DNA of 64,000 nt from Clostridiales bacterium UBA3678 (GCA_002372935.1 DFJF01000006.1:35405-99404), one strand, 5' to 3'. Positions 26,146 through 35,747 are shown, counted from the first letter of the stretch. The notes: a model not told the origin generated them from the letters alone. Translations and numbers: made by a program.

Positions 26146-27876
26146 ATGAAATTACAGTATTTAACAGTTATATTTATTCTAATAATAATGCCAATAATAA
26201 TTGTATATTCAACATATTTAGACACACAAGTTTCAATTATTAGACAGGAAGCAAGTTATGATTCTAGTTTATATAATTCAACTTATGATGCAATTAAATC
26301 TTTCCAAATAAATGCTATAAATACTACATTATATACACCAGAGACAAGAGTAAATATAATTACAGCATCAGCTAATACATTTTTCAATTCTTTATCTACT
26401 GCATTAAAGTATCAAGGAAACAAGTCAGATGTAATGAAAGAATATGTTCCAGCTGTTGTTTTTACAATGTATGATGGATATTATATATACTCACCATTTA
26501 TTAATACCCTAACTGGTGTACAAGATTATCCTGATAATGATCAAAACCCTGCTCATCAAAATCAAGATGAAGTTGATGATAAATATGCAGATGACAAAGT
26601 ATATAATGGATTAAAACCATATGTTTCTTATACTGTAAAATATCTAGTAAATAGAAATATTTATTATATAACATATACAATGGATAATTATATTTCTGTC
26701 GATAAATTTGATAGCAGTAATAATTATGATCATAGAGAAGGATATTTGGTAAGTGGAATAAGAAAATCAGGTGAATCTTACAAATATGATAATGTTACAT
26801 TTAATAAAAGCGACTCAGAAGCTTTATCAGAATACTTATATTTAAGTGATACTGAAAAAGGAATATACTATTACGCAACTATTGATGGTACAAAATATTA
26901 TTATGAGGGTAATAATACTCATAGCAGGAATGTAAACCAGTGTGGTGAAAATGATAAAATTTTTTATATAAATAATTCAGGTACAAAAACATATCAAGTT
27001 CAAGAATATAAAAATAACAAGGAAAGATTTACATTATATTATAATAGAATATTTAACAATAATAGTGCATATTGGTATTATGCAAAGGCTTATGAATTTA
27101 CAGAGTGGGTAAGAAGTAATTTATCAGGATTGACAATTTCTAATATAGATAAAACAAACTCAAGTTATTTAAATTATGATTTCGCTAATGTTGGAAATAT
27201 ATTTGATGGTACAATTCAATATTCAAATTCAAATTTTAATCAGCATAGAAAAGATGTAATAAGAGCAGTAATATCAACAAATTTATCAACAGCAATTCAA
27301 GGATTCAGAAGATTTTCAAACTCTAATGAACAATTTTTAATGCCAATGATTTCTGATGATAATTGGGAATTACTTGAAAATAATATATGTGTTGCAACAT
27401 TTTTGCAAGGATTGAAGTTTGGAAATAAAACATACAACAGTTATGCAGTTGTACCAAATAATTATAACAAAGAATATGTTGATGAAAATGATATATATTT
27501 ATTAACCACGAATTATGAGTTTGCAAAAGTAAATAATACAGCAGTTAATAATTCAAATCTAGCAAAAAATTTAAAGTATCAGCCAGGAGTTTTAAAAATA
27601 AATATAAAAACAAGAAGAAGTTCAAATGGATATTATAACCCATTAAGTTATTATGATACTTCGGGTAAATTACAGCCATATTTAGGAGATTACACAAGTA
27701 TATATGGAAGTAGTGGAACAGCTGATGTTAGTACAATAGATATGTATAGATATGTTGAAAGATTATCAGATGTAACAAAAAAACAAGTATATTATACTGC
27801 TCTTGCAAGAGAGAGAGAAAGTTCATATAAATTTATAAATGATAATGCTGATGATGTATTAAAAAATGAACAATAA
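26146..27876 (+). CDS. Large (576 aa) N-terminally anchored Tyr/Asn-rich extracytoplasmic protein, filament-associated by position
   Basis: MKLQYLTVIFILIIMPIIIVYSTY anchor. I recognise no catalytic motif. The start is set at the Met 8 nt after AAAGGAAA (the track ORF starts at 26086). Confidence 0.4.
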   Translation: MKLQYLTVIFILIIMPIIIVYSTYLDTQVSIIRQEASYDSSLYNSTYDAIKSFQINAINTTLYTPETRVNIITASANTFFNSLSTALKYQGNKSDVMKEYVPAVVFTMYDGYYIYSPFINTLTGVQDYPDNDQNPAHQNQDEVDDKYADDKVYNGLKPYVSYTVKYLVNRNIYYITYTMDNYISVDKFDSSNNYDHREGYLVSGIRKSGESYKYDNVTFNKSDSEALSEYLYLSDTEKGIYYYATIDGTKYYYEGNNTHSRNVNQCGENDKIFYINNSGTKTYQVQEYKNNKERFTLYYNRIFNNNSAYWYYAKAYEFTEWVRSNLSGLTISNIDKTNSSYLNYDFANVGNIFDGTIQYSNSNFNQHRKDVIRAVISTNLSTAIQGFRRFSNSNEQFLMPMISDDNWELLENNICVATFLQGLKFGNKTYNSYAVVPNNYNKEYVDENDIYLLTTNYEFAKVNNTAVNNSNLAKNLKYQPGVLKINIKTRRSSNGYYNPLSYYDTSGKLQPYLGDYTSIYGSSGTADVSTIDMYRYVERLSDVTKKQVYYTALARERESSYKFINDNADDVLKNEQ

Positions 27877-27879
27877 ATG

Positions 27880-27916
27880 AAAACCTTTGAAGATTATATA
27901 TCTACAAAGGTTTTTT
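27880..27916 (+). terminator. Rho-independent terminator ending the filament locus
   Basis: Stem aaaacctttg / caaaggtttt, followed by T residues. Confidence 0.75.
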
Positions 27917-28064
27917 GTTGGTTAAAGTATAAAGCGATGAATTTATAATATTAGGTAAGTGAAAAAACTGTTAAATTTTTAAAAATTGTAGACAATAATA
28001 AAAAAATATGATATATTTAAGGCATTAATAGGATAAAAAATAAAATTGAAAGGAAGCGAAAAAG

Positions 28065-30401
28065 TTGCAAAAAAAGAAAGTATCAGCAGAAACTACTATA
28101 AAAGAAAAAATACAATACTTAGGATTAAATTTTGAGAAAGTTCCAAAGACACTTATTGCAACTGATAAACTAGGGTTTAATTCACTAAAAGGATTTGATG
28201 AAAAACAATACAAACAATATAAATATGTAAAAGTTAGTGATATTGATATTTTATTAACTCCAAAGCATAGGCTAGATAGCTTAGGAGAGAAGTATGATGA
28301 GGCATCACCACTATATATGTATTTTGATTCTAAGCATGAAGAAAATGTTCCAAAATATACCACATTTTTAAATATGCTAAAAAAAGTAGAAATATCAGAA
28401 GTAGAAAAAATAGCAGAGGAGCAAGAATTATTAGCTAAAGAGATACCATATAGAGTAAAATATAATGGTAATTATTTATGGCAAGTATATTATTCAGAAA
28501 CTGCAGAAAGATATTTTATGCTTGTACCTACAGAGGATACAGATTACTCTACTTTTTTTTATCTACTAAAAAAGAAAATAGAAAACAAAAAAAATGAGAA
28601 AATTTTTATACCAATAAGCTATTTGGATTATTCTGGAGATATATTAACTAGATCAGAAATAAAAGATTTAGAAAACTATTTATGGCTATTTACAAAAGAT
28701 TATCCAAATATTTATGAGGTATATAATTCAAGACAAAAACAAACATTGCAAATAATAGGAGAGACTGAAGTTTATGGCAAAATAAAATCATTATATAAAA
28801 TGGTTTATAGTGATAAAAAAGATGCAATAAAATATTACAAGTTACTAAAAGCATTATTTATACTCCAAGTAGAATTACCACATTACTTTGAACTTATTCC
28901 AAGAGTGAATAAAAAAGGTGAGTTAGAGCTCTATTTTGAAAAAGAGAAAATAGAATACAATACATTATTAGATTTTGTAAAAAAACAGTATAAAAAATCA
29001 ATAGAACAAAAAGAGCAAAATAATAAAGATATATTAGAATTAAAAAGAAAATTAAAAAATCTAAAAAGAGAAGAAACAAAATTAGAACAAGATTATGTAG
29101 AAAAAGAAAAAATAATTTCAACATATTTAGAGTGTAAAAAGTCATTTTTTGGTAGAGTGAAATATTATTTTAAATATGGAAAATCTGTGAAAAAGGTAAA
29201 TAAAAAAGGAAAAGAAAAAAAAGAGGAAAATCAAAATAATGAAGAGCAAAGAATAGAAAAAAAGGAAGTAAAAATCAAAAATTATACATTAGATGAATTA
29301 ATAGTAAGTTTTAAAGAACTTGAAATTACAGAAAATGAAAAGAAAAGTATAGTACAAGATATAAATGCAATAAAATTAAAAAACAAAAATTTGAAAAAGA
29401 AAATTGAAAATGCAACACTATACATTAACGAAATAAACGAGCACAAAAAGAGTATATTTGAATTTTGGAAATATTCAAACAAAGATGAAGTTTCTGCTTT
29501 AGAAGAGGGAGAAGCAGAAGAGGTTAATGTTTCAAAAATTGAAAGGTATTTTGATTTTGATAAAGACTTTGAAAAATTTGGAGAGAGTGTAGATAAATCT
29601 CAAAGACTTAAATTTACAGATTCAGAGCTTGACAGCAGTTTTGTTGCATCTACTAGTTTAATAGATACAATAAATGAAATCTCTACAAAAAAGAATTTAA
29701 GACTAGATGATTTTAATGAGATACTAGAAAAATTAAAATCAGAAAAAGATTTAAGATCTGATGACGAAGAAGAAAATGAATTCGACATATTAGGCAGATT
29801 TAATGATGATGAGAAAAAAGAAAGAAGTATTGGAAGTAAAATACACAGGGAAACACATAGAAATATATATAATATTTTAGATATAAAAAATGATACTACT
29901 TCTTTTGAATTTAAAAGAAGCTTTGTAAATATAATAAAAAATCTAAGAAAAGCTTTAAATAAAAACACTCTTGATGAAGATATGTATGTATATAAAGCTA
30001 CAAATTCACCAATAAATTTAAAAGGTTTACAATTACTTTCTTTAAATGAAGAAAAAGAACTAAATGAGTGTTATGAAAAAAACAATATTATAACAGAAGA
30101 AAGCTTTTTAGATAAAGAAAAAAATGAAATTTACTTGTACAAAATAAAATTAAATAAAGGTATCAATTTTATAGCTATTTCTAATATTGTTTTATACAAT
30201 AATAAAAATATGACTCTACCTGTTGGAATGAATGAGTCAAACAATATTATCGTAAATATGGACGATTTAGAAATAAAAGAAGTAAGTAAAGAAGAGTTAA
30301 ATATTAATAGAATTAGAAATGAAAAAGATGATTTTTCAGATTTAATTTTATATGATGTTCAAATTTTAGAATATAATACAAACAAAAAGGATGAGAATTA
30401 G
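28065..30401 (+). CDS. Hypothetical 778-aa cytoplasmic protein with a long K/E coiled-coil centre
   Basis: Long ORF with a TTG start after GAAAGGAAG. There is no TM segment and no motif I recognise. Confidence 0.5.
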   Translation: MQKKKVSAETTIKEKIQYLGLNFEKVPKTLIATDKLGFNSLKGFDEKQYKQYKYVKVSDIDILLTPKHRLDSLGEKYDEASPLYMYFDSKHEENVPKYTTFLNMLKKVEISEVEKIAEEQELLAKEIPYRVKYNGNYLWQVYYSETAERYFMLVPTEDTDYSTFFYLLKKKIENKKNEKIFIPISYLDYSGDILTRSEIKDLENYLWLFTKDYPNIYEVYNSRQKQTLQIIGETEVYGKIKSLYKMVYSDKKDAIKYYKLLKALFILQVELPHYFELIPRVNKKGELELYFEKEKIEYNTLLDFVKKQYKKSIEQKEQNNKDILELKRKLKNLKREETKLEQDYVEKEKIISTYLECKKSFFGRVKYYFKYGKSVKKVNKKGKEKKEENQNNEEQRIEKKEVKIKNYTLDELIVSFKELEITENEKKSIVQDINAIKLKNKNLKKKIENATLYINEINEHKKSIFEFWKYSNKDEVSALEEGEAEEVNVSKIERYFDFDKDFEKFGESVDKSQRLKFTDSELDSSFVASTSLIDTINEISTKKNLRLDDFNEILEKLKSEKDLRSDDEEENEFDILGRFNDDEKKERSIGSKIHRETHRNIYNILDIKNDTTSFEFKRSFVNIIKNLRKALNKNTLDEDMYVYKATNSPINLKGLQLLSLNEEKELNECYEKNNIITEESFLDKEKNEIYLYKIKLNKGINFIAISNIVLYNNKNMTLPVGMNESNNIIVNMDDLEIKEVSKEELNINRIRNEKDDFSDLILYDVQILEYNTNKKDEN

Positions 30402-30414
30402 TTCTCATCCTTTT
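30389..30414. terminator. Bidirectional terminator between convergent genes
   Basis: Stem ggatgagaa / ttctcatcc, flanked by A5 on one side and T4 on the other. The stop codon of the 28065 gene lies in the loop. Confidence 0.7.
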
Positions 30415-30417
30415 AAG

Positions 30418-30978
30418 CTAAATTTCTAATTGACTTCCAAGGAAGTTTGCAGCAGATTGTGCTACTTTTTTTTCAACTTCATTCATTTTTGTGTTAGCTT
30501 GTTTAGAAAGCAAAATAACTGTACCAATTGTATCTCCATTAGATATAATTGGATACACAATTTGAGAATTATACCTTTTTTCTTTGTTATCTTTGTCATG
30601 TTCAGTTATAGGCAAAGCAATATCACTATTTTCTTTGCTAGTATAAACTTCTTTGTCTTCCATAAGCTGTTCTAATTCATCACTTACATTTTGCTCCAAA
30701 TAATCTTTTTTTGGTCCACCAGATACAGCAATTACAGTATCTTTATCTGTTATAAAAGCTATATGACCAGTAGTTTTTGCTAATGTTTCTGCATATCCAG
30801 TTGCAAATTCTGAAAGCTCACCAATAGGGGAATATTTTCGCAAAATAATACTACCTTCTTTTTCTGTGAAAATTTCAAGAGGATCGCCTTCTTTAATACG
30901 AAGTGTTTTTCTTATTTCCTTTGGAATAACAATTCTTCCTAAATCATCTATTCTTCTAACAACACCAGTTGCTTTCAT
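30418..30978 (-). CDS. spoVT: Stage V sporulation protein T (AbrB-type N-terminal domain plus GAF-like domain)
   Basis: MKATGVVRRIDDLGRIVIPKEIRKTLRIKEGDPLEIF; the 186-aa length is typical of SpoVT. Confidence 0.9.
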   Translation of the reverse strand: MKATGVVRRIDDLGRIVIPKEIRKTLRIKEGDPLEIFTEKEGSIILRKYSPIGELSEFATGYAETLAKTTGHIAFITDKDTVIAVSGGPKKDYLEQNVSDELEQLMEDKEVYTSKENSDIALPITEHDKDNKEKRYNSQIVYPIISNGDTIGTVILLSKQANTKMNEVEKKVAQSAANFLGSQLEI

Positions 30979-31106
30979 ATTTTTCAGTCCTTTCTTCTGA
31001 GTATAAAATGCTCTAAAAAAAAGCCTTTTACTCCTAAAATTGTTTTTATAATCTTATTATGACAAAAATGTAAAAAAATATACAAAAATTTTTTGAACTT
31101 TCAATT

Positions 31107-31245
31107 GGGGACGGTTCTTTTTCAGAAGGGGACGGTTCTTTTTTGAAAAGGGACGGTTCTTTTTTGAAAAGGGACGGTTCTTTTTTGAAAGGGGACGGTT
31201 CTTTTTTGAAAAGGGACGGTTCTTTTTTGAAAGTGGAACTGTACA
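31107..31245. repeat. 21-bp repeat family, site C: 6 in-phase direct units plus 1 degenerate unit
   Basis: Unit starts (aligned to the GGGG core, as read in my indexing) at 31107, 31128, 31149, 31170, 31191 and 31212, with a degenerate gtggaactgtac at 31233. The array lies in the divergent region between spoVT and the 31408 gene. Confidence 0.92.
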
Positions 31246-31281
31246 TATTAAAAAGTGATATATTAATTTTTGTGAAATGGG

Positions 31282-31311
31282 TTGACTTATTATGACATAA
31301 AATGATATACT
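31282..31311 (+). promoter_or_regulatory. Sigma-A-type promoter for the 31408 gene
   Basis: TTGACT-18-TATACT. Confidence 0.4.
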
Positions 31312-31407
31312 ATAAACAAATTAGACAAAATGTAGTAAAAAAAATAAAGGTAAAATTAGAAACATACAATGGTAATAAATATAAAAACAAAAGAGGTGTA
31401 ATAAATT

Positions 31408-32751
31408 ATGAAATTAAATAAATTTATTTTCAATATTTTTATAACAATTTTAATTATTTCAATATTATTTGGAAAATTCCCTAGTTCTGTTTTTGCGACA
31501 AGTCAATCAACTAAATCAGTGAGTAAAATAAAAAGCAGTGATGAATCTGCATGGAAAGAGATAAAAAATCAAGTAGACTCATTACAAAAAAAACATCAAA
31601 ATTGGAATTTTAAAGTTTTTTACACAGACCTTGATTGGAAAGATGTAATAAATAATGAAGGAAAAAAACATGGAAATTATGCTAAAAATTTAGTTTATTA
31701 TAAAGCAAATTATAGTTATAAATGGTTATGCAGTGATTGTTATGATATTACAAAATCATACAAAAATGGAAAATGGATGTGTGCTTCTAAAGATGCAATA
31801 AAATACATGATGGATCCAAGAAATTCTATAAATGAAAACGATATTTTTCAATTTATGTTATTATCATATGATGAGGAAATTAGTGACAATAATTATAAAA
31901 ATAGTGTAAAATCAATTTTGACAGATTCTTTTTTAGATGTTGATAATTCATTAGGTAAATATGCTGATACAATTGTAAAAGAATGTAAGAAGCAAAATAT
32001 TAATCCATCTTATATTGCAGTAAAAATCATACAAGAACAAGGCAAAGATGGTGGAGCAACATATGAAATGTATGATGATGAAACAGATAAAATTTATTAT
32101 AATATATTTAATATTAATGCAACTTTTACATCTACAATTTCAAATGCTTTATCATATTCGAAAAAGAATAAATTAACAACAGTTGAAAAATGTTTAATAG
32201 ATGGAATTGATTTTATTAAAAATGGTTATATAGAGCAAGGGCAAGATACATTATATTTTGAAAAATTTGATGTAGTTGGTACTAATTCAAATAGTTTGTA
32301 TTCACATCAATATGCACAAGATGTTATGTATGCACAAAATCAAGGTAAACAATTAAGAATTGCATTAGAAAAAATAAATGCAAAAGATAATACATATACA
32401 TTTGTTATACCACTTTATAAAAATATGCCAAGTAGTATAAGTGCAAGACCTACAATTTTAGCAAATATGAGTAATGATAATAATAATAGAAATAATAATA
32501 GTAATACATCAAATACTCCAACTAATAATAGCAATAATGACAGCACAAAATATAAATTGGGAGACCCAAATGGTGACAACGAAATAAATTCAGGAGATTT
32601 GCTAATGATTAGAAAATATCTTTTGAAAAAACAAAGTTTTAATAAAGAACAAGAAATAGCTATGGATATAAATAAAGATGGAGAGATAAATTCAGGAGAT
32701 TTATTATTAGTAAGGAAACATTTATTAGGTAAGTATAAAATAAAATGGTAA
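31408..32751 (+). CDS. Secreted cell-wall hydrolase-like protein (glucosaminidase-like region) with a C-terminal dockerin-type repeat pair
   Basis: Signal peptide; an IAVKIIQEQGKDGG region; Asn-rich linker; two EF-hand-like dockerin segments, DPNGDNEINSGDLLMIRKYLL and DINKDGEINSGDLLLVRKHLLG. Confidence 0.55.
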   Translation: MKLNKFIFNIFITILIISILFGKFPSSVFATSQSTKSVSKIKSSDESAWKEIKNQVDSLQKKHQNWNFKVFYTDLDWKDVINNEGKKHGNYAKNLVYYKANYSYKWLCSDCYDITKSYKNGKWMCASKDAIKYMMDPRNSINENDIFQFMLLSYDEEISDNNYKNSVKSILTDSFLDVDNSLGKYADTIVKECKKQNINPSYIAVKIIQEQGKDGGATYEMYDDETDKIYYNIFNINATFTSTISNALSYSKKNKLTTVEKCLIDGIDFIKNGYIEQGQDTLYFEKFDVVGTNSNSLYSHQYAQDVMYAQNQGKQLRIALEKINAKDNTYTFVIPLYKNMPSSISARPTILANMSNDNNNRNNNSNTSNTPTNNSNNDSTKYKLGDPNGDNEINSGDLLMIRKYLLKKQSFNKEQEIAMDINKDGEINSGDLLLVRKHLLGKYKIKW

Positions 32752-32870
32752 ACATAAAATTGAATTCTATGTAAATTTCATAGAAATTGACAAGTAGAAA
32801 AAATCTATATAGTAAAAGTTTTATAGGTTTTCCTTTAAAAATCTAAATATCTTATAAGGAAATAATAGAA

Positions 32871-34283
32871 ATGAGATTAAACAGAAATCTTTTGATTTTT
32901 ATAATATTTATTGTATTAACTTTTATACCACATTCAAAAGTAAAAGCAGCAAGTGGAAGCTTATCAGTTAGTAAAACCAATGTTAAGGCAGGTCAAGCTG
33001 TTACTGTTTCAGTTTCTGTAAATGCTGCTTCATGGAATATACATGTTTCAGGAGCAGCAAGTATAAATGAGGCAGCTAGTAGTAGTTCAGGGGATAATGT
33101 TAAAAAAACATTTTCAACCAAATTCACTCCTAAAAAAGCTGGCAAATATACAGTTACACTTAGTGGAGATGTTACAGATGGAAAAAATAATAAAGTTACT
33201 AAATTATCAAGCTCAAAGACAATAACAGTAGAAGAAGCAACATCATCTAACAATACATCAAATAATTCCAATGAAAGTAATTCTACAGAAAATAATTCAT
33301 CTACAACTACTACGGAAAAGTCATCTGATGCAACTTTAAGAAATCTTGGTGTAAATCCAAAATTGTATGATTTTTCAGGATTTTCAAAAACAAGAACAAG
33401 TTATAGTGTTGATGTACCAGAAAATGTTTCATCAATTTATATATATGCATATCCAACGAGTACTAAAGCTAAAGTTTCTGGAATAGGAACAAAATCTTTA
33501 AAAAAAGGTTCAAACACTTTTCCAATTAAAGTAACAGCAGAAGATGGAAAAACTACAAAAACATATTCATTAACAATAAATAGAACAAATGAAGATGATG
33601 CTGAAAATAATACAACAGAAAATAATACAACAAATAACACAACAGAGAATAATACTGTAAATGAAGAGAATAGTAATACAGAAAGTACAGATTCTGGACT
33701 TACAAATCTAGAAGTAGAAGGATACACAATTTCTCCTGCATTTTCAGGTGATATATATATATATAGTGTAGATTTACCAGATGGTACAAAGAGTATTAAT
33801 ATCAATACAGAGAAAATAAATGATGATATAAAAGTTGAGATAATTGGAAATGATAATTTAGAGACAGGAACAAATTATATTACAATTTTAGTTTATAATG
33901 GAGATGAAACAACTACATATCAAGTAGTTGCAAATGTTGGAACTACAAGTGAAGAATCTATAGCAACTGCAAATACTAATACTCAGAATGCAAAATCTAA
34001 AATAAAATCATCATGGGGAAAAATAATTATTGCTATTATTGTACTAATTTTCATAATTTATTTAATTATAAGACACAAGAGAAAAAATTATTTTGATGAT
34101 GAAGATGAAGATTATTATGATACTGATGAGGAAAATAATGATCCATATAGGATGAATATAGATTCATATAATCCATATAATGAAAATCTATCACCTGAAA
34201 AAGAAAGTGATTACTCAGAAGATATAGAAGATGTCAAAAAGACAAAAAGACATAAAAGAGCAAAGGGGAGAAGATATAAATAA
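32871..34283 (+). CDS. Surface protein with two cadherin-like beta-sandwich domains, a C-terminal TM anchor and a charged cytoplasmic tail
   Basis: Signal peptide; SDATLRNLGVNPKLYDFSGFSKTRTSYSVDVP...VTAEDGKTTKTYSLTINR and GLTNLEVEGYTISPAFSGDIYIYSVDLP; TM segment IIIAIIVLIFIIYLII. Confidence 0.6.
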   Translation: MRLNRNLLIFIIFIVLTFIPHSKVKAASGSLSVSKTNVKAGQAVTVSVSVNAASWNIHVSGAASINEAASSSSGDNVKKTFSTKFTPKKAGKYTVTLSGDVTDGKNNKVTKLSSSKTITVEEATSSNNTSNNSNESNSTENNSSTTTTEKSSDATLRNLGVNPKLYDFSGFSKTRTSYSVDVPENVSSIYIYAYPTSTKAKVSGIGTKSLKKGSNTFPIKVTAEDGKTTKTYSLTINRTNEDDAENNTTENNTTNNTTENNTVNEENSNTESTDSGLTNLEVEGYTISPAFSGDIYIYSVDLPDGTKSININTEKINDDIKVEIIGNDNLETGTNYITILVYNGDETTTYQVVANVGTTSEESIATANTNTQNAKSKIKSSWGKIIIAIIVLIFIIYLIIRHKRKNYFDDEDEDYYDTDEENNDPYRMNIDSYNPYNENLSPEKESDYSEDIEDVKKTKRHKRAKGRRYK

Positions 34284-34436
34284 TAATTTTATTTTTTGAA
34301 TAAAATAGCTTACCACTTTTATTGCCAAGCCAAAATATTTTTATAATAAGGTTTTGAGCAAAAAGTTCTAAGCTATTTCATTTTATATGAAAGACAACAA
34401 ATTATCAAAAAAAATTAATTTTTTTAAAAATTGGTA

Positions 34437-34465
34437 TTGATAAAATACAATAAATGTAATATAAT
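34437..34465 (+). promoter_or_regulatory. Sigma-A-type promoter for mreB
   Basis: TTGATA-17-TATAAT. Confidence 0.5.
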
Positions 34466-34529
34466 TGTAACGAAAATGTAATAAAAGTGTAAAAGAAAAG
34501 ATATAATAATAACAAGGGAGAAGATTAGC

Positions 34530-35546
34530 ATGTTTAAATTTGGAATAGGACAAGATATTGGAATAGATTTAGGTACAGCTACAGTTATAGCTTATGTTAA
34601 AGGTAAGGGTATTGTTCTTAGAGAACCATCTGTAGTAGCAATAGACAATAATACTGGAGAAGTTGTTGCAGTTGGTGGAGAAGCACAAAGAATGCTTGGT
34701 AGAACACCAGGAAATATAGTAGCAACAAGACCTTTAAGAGAAGGTGTAATTTCAGATTACACAGTTACAGAAAAAATGTTAAAGTATTTTATAAATAAAG
34801 TAGGAGCAAAAAGTATATTTGCACCTAGAATTATGATATGTATTCCATCAAGAGTTACAGAAGTAGAAAAAAAAGCTGTAATAGATGCTGCAACAGAAGC
34901 TGGAGCAAGGAAGGTTTATCTTATAGAAGAGCCAATAGCTGCAGCAATTGGTGCTGGAATAGACATATCAAAACCATGTGGAAATATGGTAGTAGATATA
35001 GGAGGAGGAACAACAGATATTGCAGTTATATCATTAGGTGGGTCTGTTGTTAGTACATCAATAAAAGTAGCAGGAGACAAATTTGACGAATATGTTGCAA
35101 AATATATCAAGAAAAAACACAATGTTGTAATTGGAGAAAGGACATCAGAAGAATTAAAAAAGAATATTGGATGTGTATATCCAAAAATTCAAGATGTAGA
35201 AATGGATGTTAGAGGTCGTGATTTAATTTCAGGCCTACCAGTTACAATATCAATACATTCTAGTGAGATGTTAGAAGCTTTAGAAGAACCAGCAAACATG
35301 ATAGTAGATGCTGTACATTCCGTTTTAGAAAAGACGCCACCAGAGCTAGCAGCAGACATTAGTGACAGAGGTATATATATGACAGGTGGAGGAGCATTAA
35401 TCGATGGGCTTGATAAGTTGCTTCAAGAAAAAACAGGAATAAATGTAATGATAGCACAAGACACAGTATCATGTGTTGCACTTGGTACAGGAAAAGCATT
35501 AGATAACCTAGATGCACTAGACGAAAAAGAAAGAAAAAAATTATAA
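34530..35546 (+). CDS. mreB: Rod shape-determining actin homologue, MreB/Mbl family
   Basis: IGIDLGTATVIAYVKGKGIVLREPSVVA, DIGGGTTDIAVISLGG and MTGGGALIDGLDKLL. Confidence 0.93.
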   Translation: MFKFGIGQDIGIDLGTATVIAYVKGKGIVLREPSVVAIDNNTGEVVAVGGEAQRMLGRTPGNIVATRPLREGVISDYTVTEKMLKYFINKVGAKSIFAPRIMICIPSRVTEVEKKAVIDAATEAGARKVYLIEEPIAAAIGAGIDISKPCGNMVVDIGGGTTDIAVISLGGSVVSTSIKVAGDKFDEYVAKYIKKKHNVVIGERTSEELKKNIGCVYPKIQDVEMDVRGRDLISGLPVTISIHSSEMLEALEEPANMIVDAVHSVLEKTPPELAADISDRGIYMTGGGALIDGLDKLLQEKTGINVMIAQDTVSCVALGTGKALDNLDALDEKERKKL

Positions 35547-35616
35547 TTTTCAGAAGGGGACGGTTCTTTTTATGAAGGGGACGGTTCTTTTTTGAAAGAG
35601 AACCGTCCCAATTTTA
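35547..35616. repeat. 21-bp repeat family, site D: 2 forward plus 1 reverse unit (terminator-like hairpin)
   Basis: ggggacggttc twice, then gagaaccgtccc, starting directly after the mreB stop. Confidence 0.85.
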
Positions 35617-35747
35617 AAAAATTGTAATAAAAATTTTAAAAAATGCAATAATAAATTTTGAAAGAATCAATTAAAAGTAAAATAATATGTTTATACAATT
35701 TACCTGAAATAATTTTTGCAAACATATTATATGAGGGATTTGATTAA

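Noticed and set aside
31107-31245. The possibility that the 21-bp repeats form a CRISPR array
   Set aside because: The units are directly abutting with no spacers. They are only 21 bp long, occur at many loci in both orientations, and no cas genes are present.
31046-31246. A 66-aa minus-strand ORF encoding repeated KKEPS(L/P)F heptads
   Set aside because: It is simply the translation of the 21-bp unit array. It has no SD, and the same peptide periodicity appears wherever the repeat occurs.
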